Source of the DNA: the human T2T-CHM13v2.0 reference genome, Homo sapiens
NCBI RefSeq assembly: GCF_009914755.1
Contig: NC_060937.1
Length of the DNA stretch: 64,000 nucleotides
Reading direction: 5' to 3' (one strand)
Shown: in pieces, positions 62,311 through 64,000 of the stretch
Numbering within the stretch: position 1 is the first letter of the stretch
Layout of the letters: every line of letters begins with the position of its first letter
The notes under the pieces: model-generated
Told to the model about the DNA's origin: nothing
What the model saw: only the letters and a program-made list of their open reading frames with translations
Databases searched by the model: none
Position numbers and translations under genes: made by a program

Positions 62311-64000
62311 CATAACTGGAAACATTGCTTTTGAAAACTGGCACAAGGCAAGGATGCCGTCTATCACCACTCCTATTCAACATAGTATTGGGAGTTCTGG
62401 CCCGGGCAATTAGGCAAGAGAAAGAAATAAAAGGTGTTAGCCAGGTGCTGTGGCTCATGCCTATAATCCCAACACTATGGGAGGCAGAGGTGGGTGGATC
62501 ACCTGAGGTCAGGAGTTTGAGGCCAGCCTGGCCAACATGGTGAAACCCCATCTCTACCAAAAAGACAAAAATTAGCAGGGAATGGTGGTGGGTGCCTGTA
62601 CTTGGAAGGCTGAGGCAGGAGAATCACTTGAACCTGGGAGGCGGAAGATGAAGTGAGCTGAGATCGTGCCACTGTACTCCAGCCTGGGCAACAGAGCAAG
62701 ATTCAGTATCAAAAAAGAAAAAAAAAAAGAAAAGAAAGAAAGAAAAAAGGTGTTTAGGAAGAGATGAAGTAAAATTGCCTCTGTTTGCAGATAACATAAT
62801 TTTATCTTTAGAAAACCCGATCATCTCAGCCCAAAAACTCCTTAAGCTGATAAGCAACTTCAGCAAATTCTCTGGATACAAAATCAATGTGCAAAAATCA
62901 CAAGTATTCCTTTACGCGAACAATAGACAAGCAGAGAGCCAAATCATGAATGAACTCCCATTTATAATCTCTACAAAAAGAATAAAATACTTACGAATAC
63001 AGCTAACAAAGGATGTGAAGGACCTCTTCAAGGAGAACTACAAACCATTGCTCAAGGAAATAAGAGAGGACACAAACAAATGGAAAAACATTCCATTCTC
63101 ATGGATAGGAAGAATCAATATCGTGAAAATGGCCGTACTGCTCAAAGTAATTTATAGATTCAGTGCTATTCCCATCAAACTGCAGTTCACATTGTTCACA
63201 GAATTAGAAAAAAAACTACTTTAAATTTCATATGGAATCAAAGAAGACCCCATATAGTCAAGACAAGCCTAAGAAAAAAGAACAAAGCTGGAGACATCAA
63301 ACTACCTGATTTCAAACTATTAGAAGGCTACATTAACCAAAATAGCATGGTACTCATACCAAAACAGACATATAGACCAATGGAACAGAAGAGACCTCAG
63401 AAATAACACCACACATCTACAACTGTCTGATCTTCGACAAACCTGACAAAATCAAACAATGGGGAAAGGATCTCCAATTAACCAAATGGTGCTGGGAAAA
63501 TTGGCTAGCCATATGCAGAAAACTGACTGGACCCCTTCCTTGCACCTTATACAAAAATACTCAAAATGGATTAAATACTTAAATGTAAAAGCCAAAACCA
63601 TAAAAACCTTAGAAGGAAACTTAGGCAATACCATTCAGGACATACGCATGGGCAAAGACTTGATGACTAAAACACCAAAAGCAATGGCAACAGAAGCCAA
63701 AATTGACAAATGGGATCTAATTAAACTAAAGAGCTTCTGCACAACAAAAGAAACTATATCAGACTGAACAGGCAGCCTACAGAATGGGAGAAAATTTTTG
63801 CAATCTGCCCATCTAACAAAGGTCTAATATCCAGAATTTACAAGGATCTTAAACAAATTTACAAGAAAAATACCCATCAAAAAGTGGGCAAAAGATATGA
63901 ACAGATACTTCTCAAAACAAGACATTTATGCAGCCAACAAATGTGAAAAAAAGCTTAACATCACTGATCATCAGAGAAATGCCAATCAGAACCACAATGT
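62311..64000 (+). mobile_element. 5'-truncated L1PA-type ORF2 segment running off the window end
   Basis: ORF track peptides '[32 protein letters not shown]' and '[40 protein letters not shown]...[11 protein letters not shown]'. Confidence 0.95.
62439..62744 (+). mobile_element. Alu (AluSx-like) inserted in the L1 RT domain
   Basis: 'ggatcacctgaggtcaggag'. TSD AAAAGGTGTT at 62429-62438 and 62745-62754. Confidence 0.96.

Noticed and set aside
62775-63224. 149-aa reverse-transcriptase-like ORF as an active or novel RT
   Set aside because: It is a fragment of a 5'-truncated L1 ORF2. The catalytic motif reads FADN instead of FADD, an Alu interrupts it upstream, and it is frameshifted downstream.

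Overview
This is AT-rich, CpG-poor primate genomic DNA, most likely catarrhine and human-like, since it carries AluJ/S/Y elements, an HERV-W LTR17 and L1PA/L1PB elements. It reads as a gene desert or a very large intron. I find no credible protein-coding exon, tRNA, rRNA or snRNA. The supplied ORFs are Alu, L1 or simple-repeat read-throughs or chance frames. The window has three parts. (1) 1-21 kb: old L1 pieces, a palindromic 24-bp minisatellite and a dense cluster of ERV LTRs, including an intact HERV-W solo LTR and a multi-level LTR nest. (2) About 21-41 kb: mostly unique or ancient-repeat sequence. (3) About 42-64 kb: nearly continuous L1, including a full-length L1PB-type element nested in a near full-length L1MC-type element. 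Repeat subfamily names come from my recall of consensus sequences and need RepeatMasker/Dfam confirmation. I do not see a convincing previously undescribed biological system. The best leads are structural (AT palindromes) and regulatory (LTR-derived motifs and a possible LTR17-driven lncRNA).
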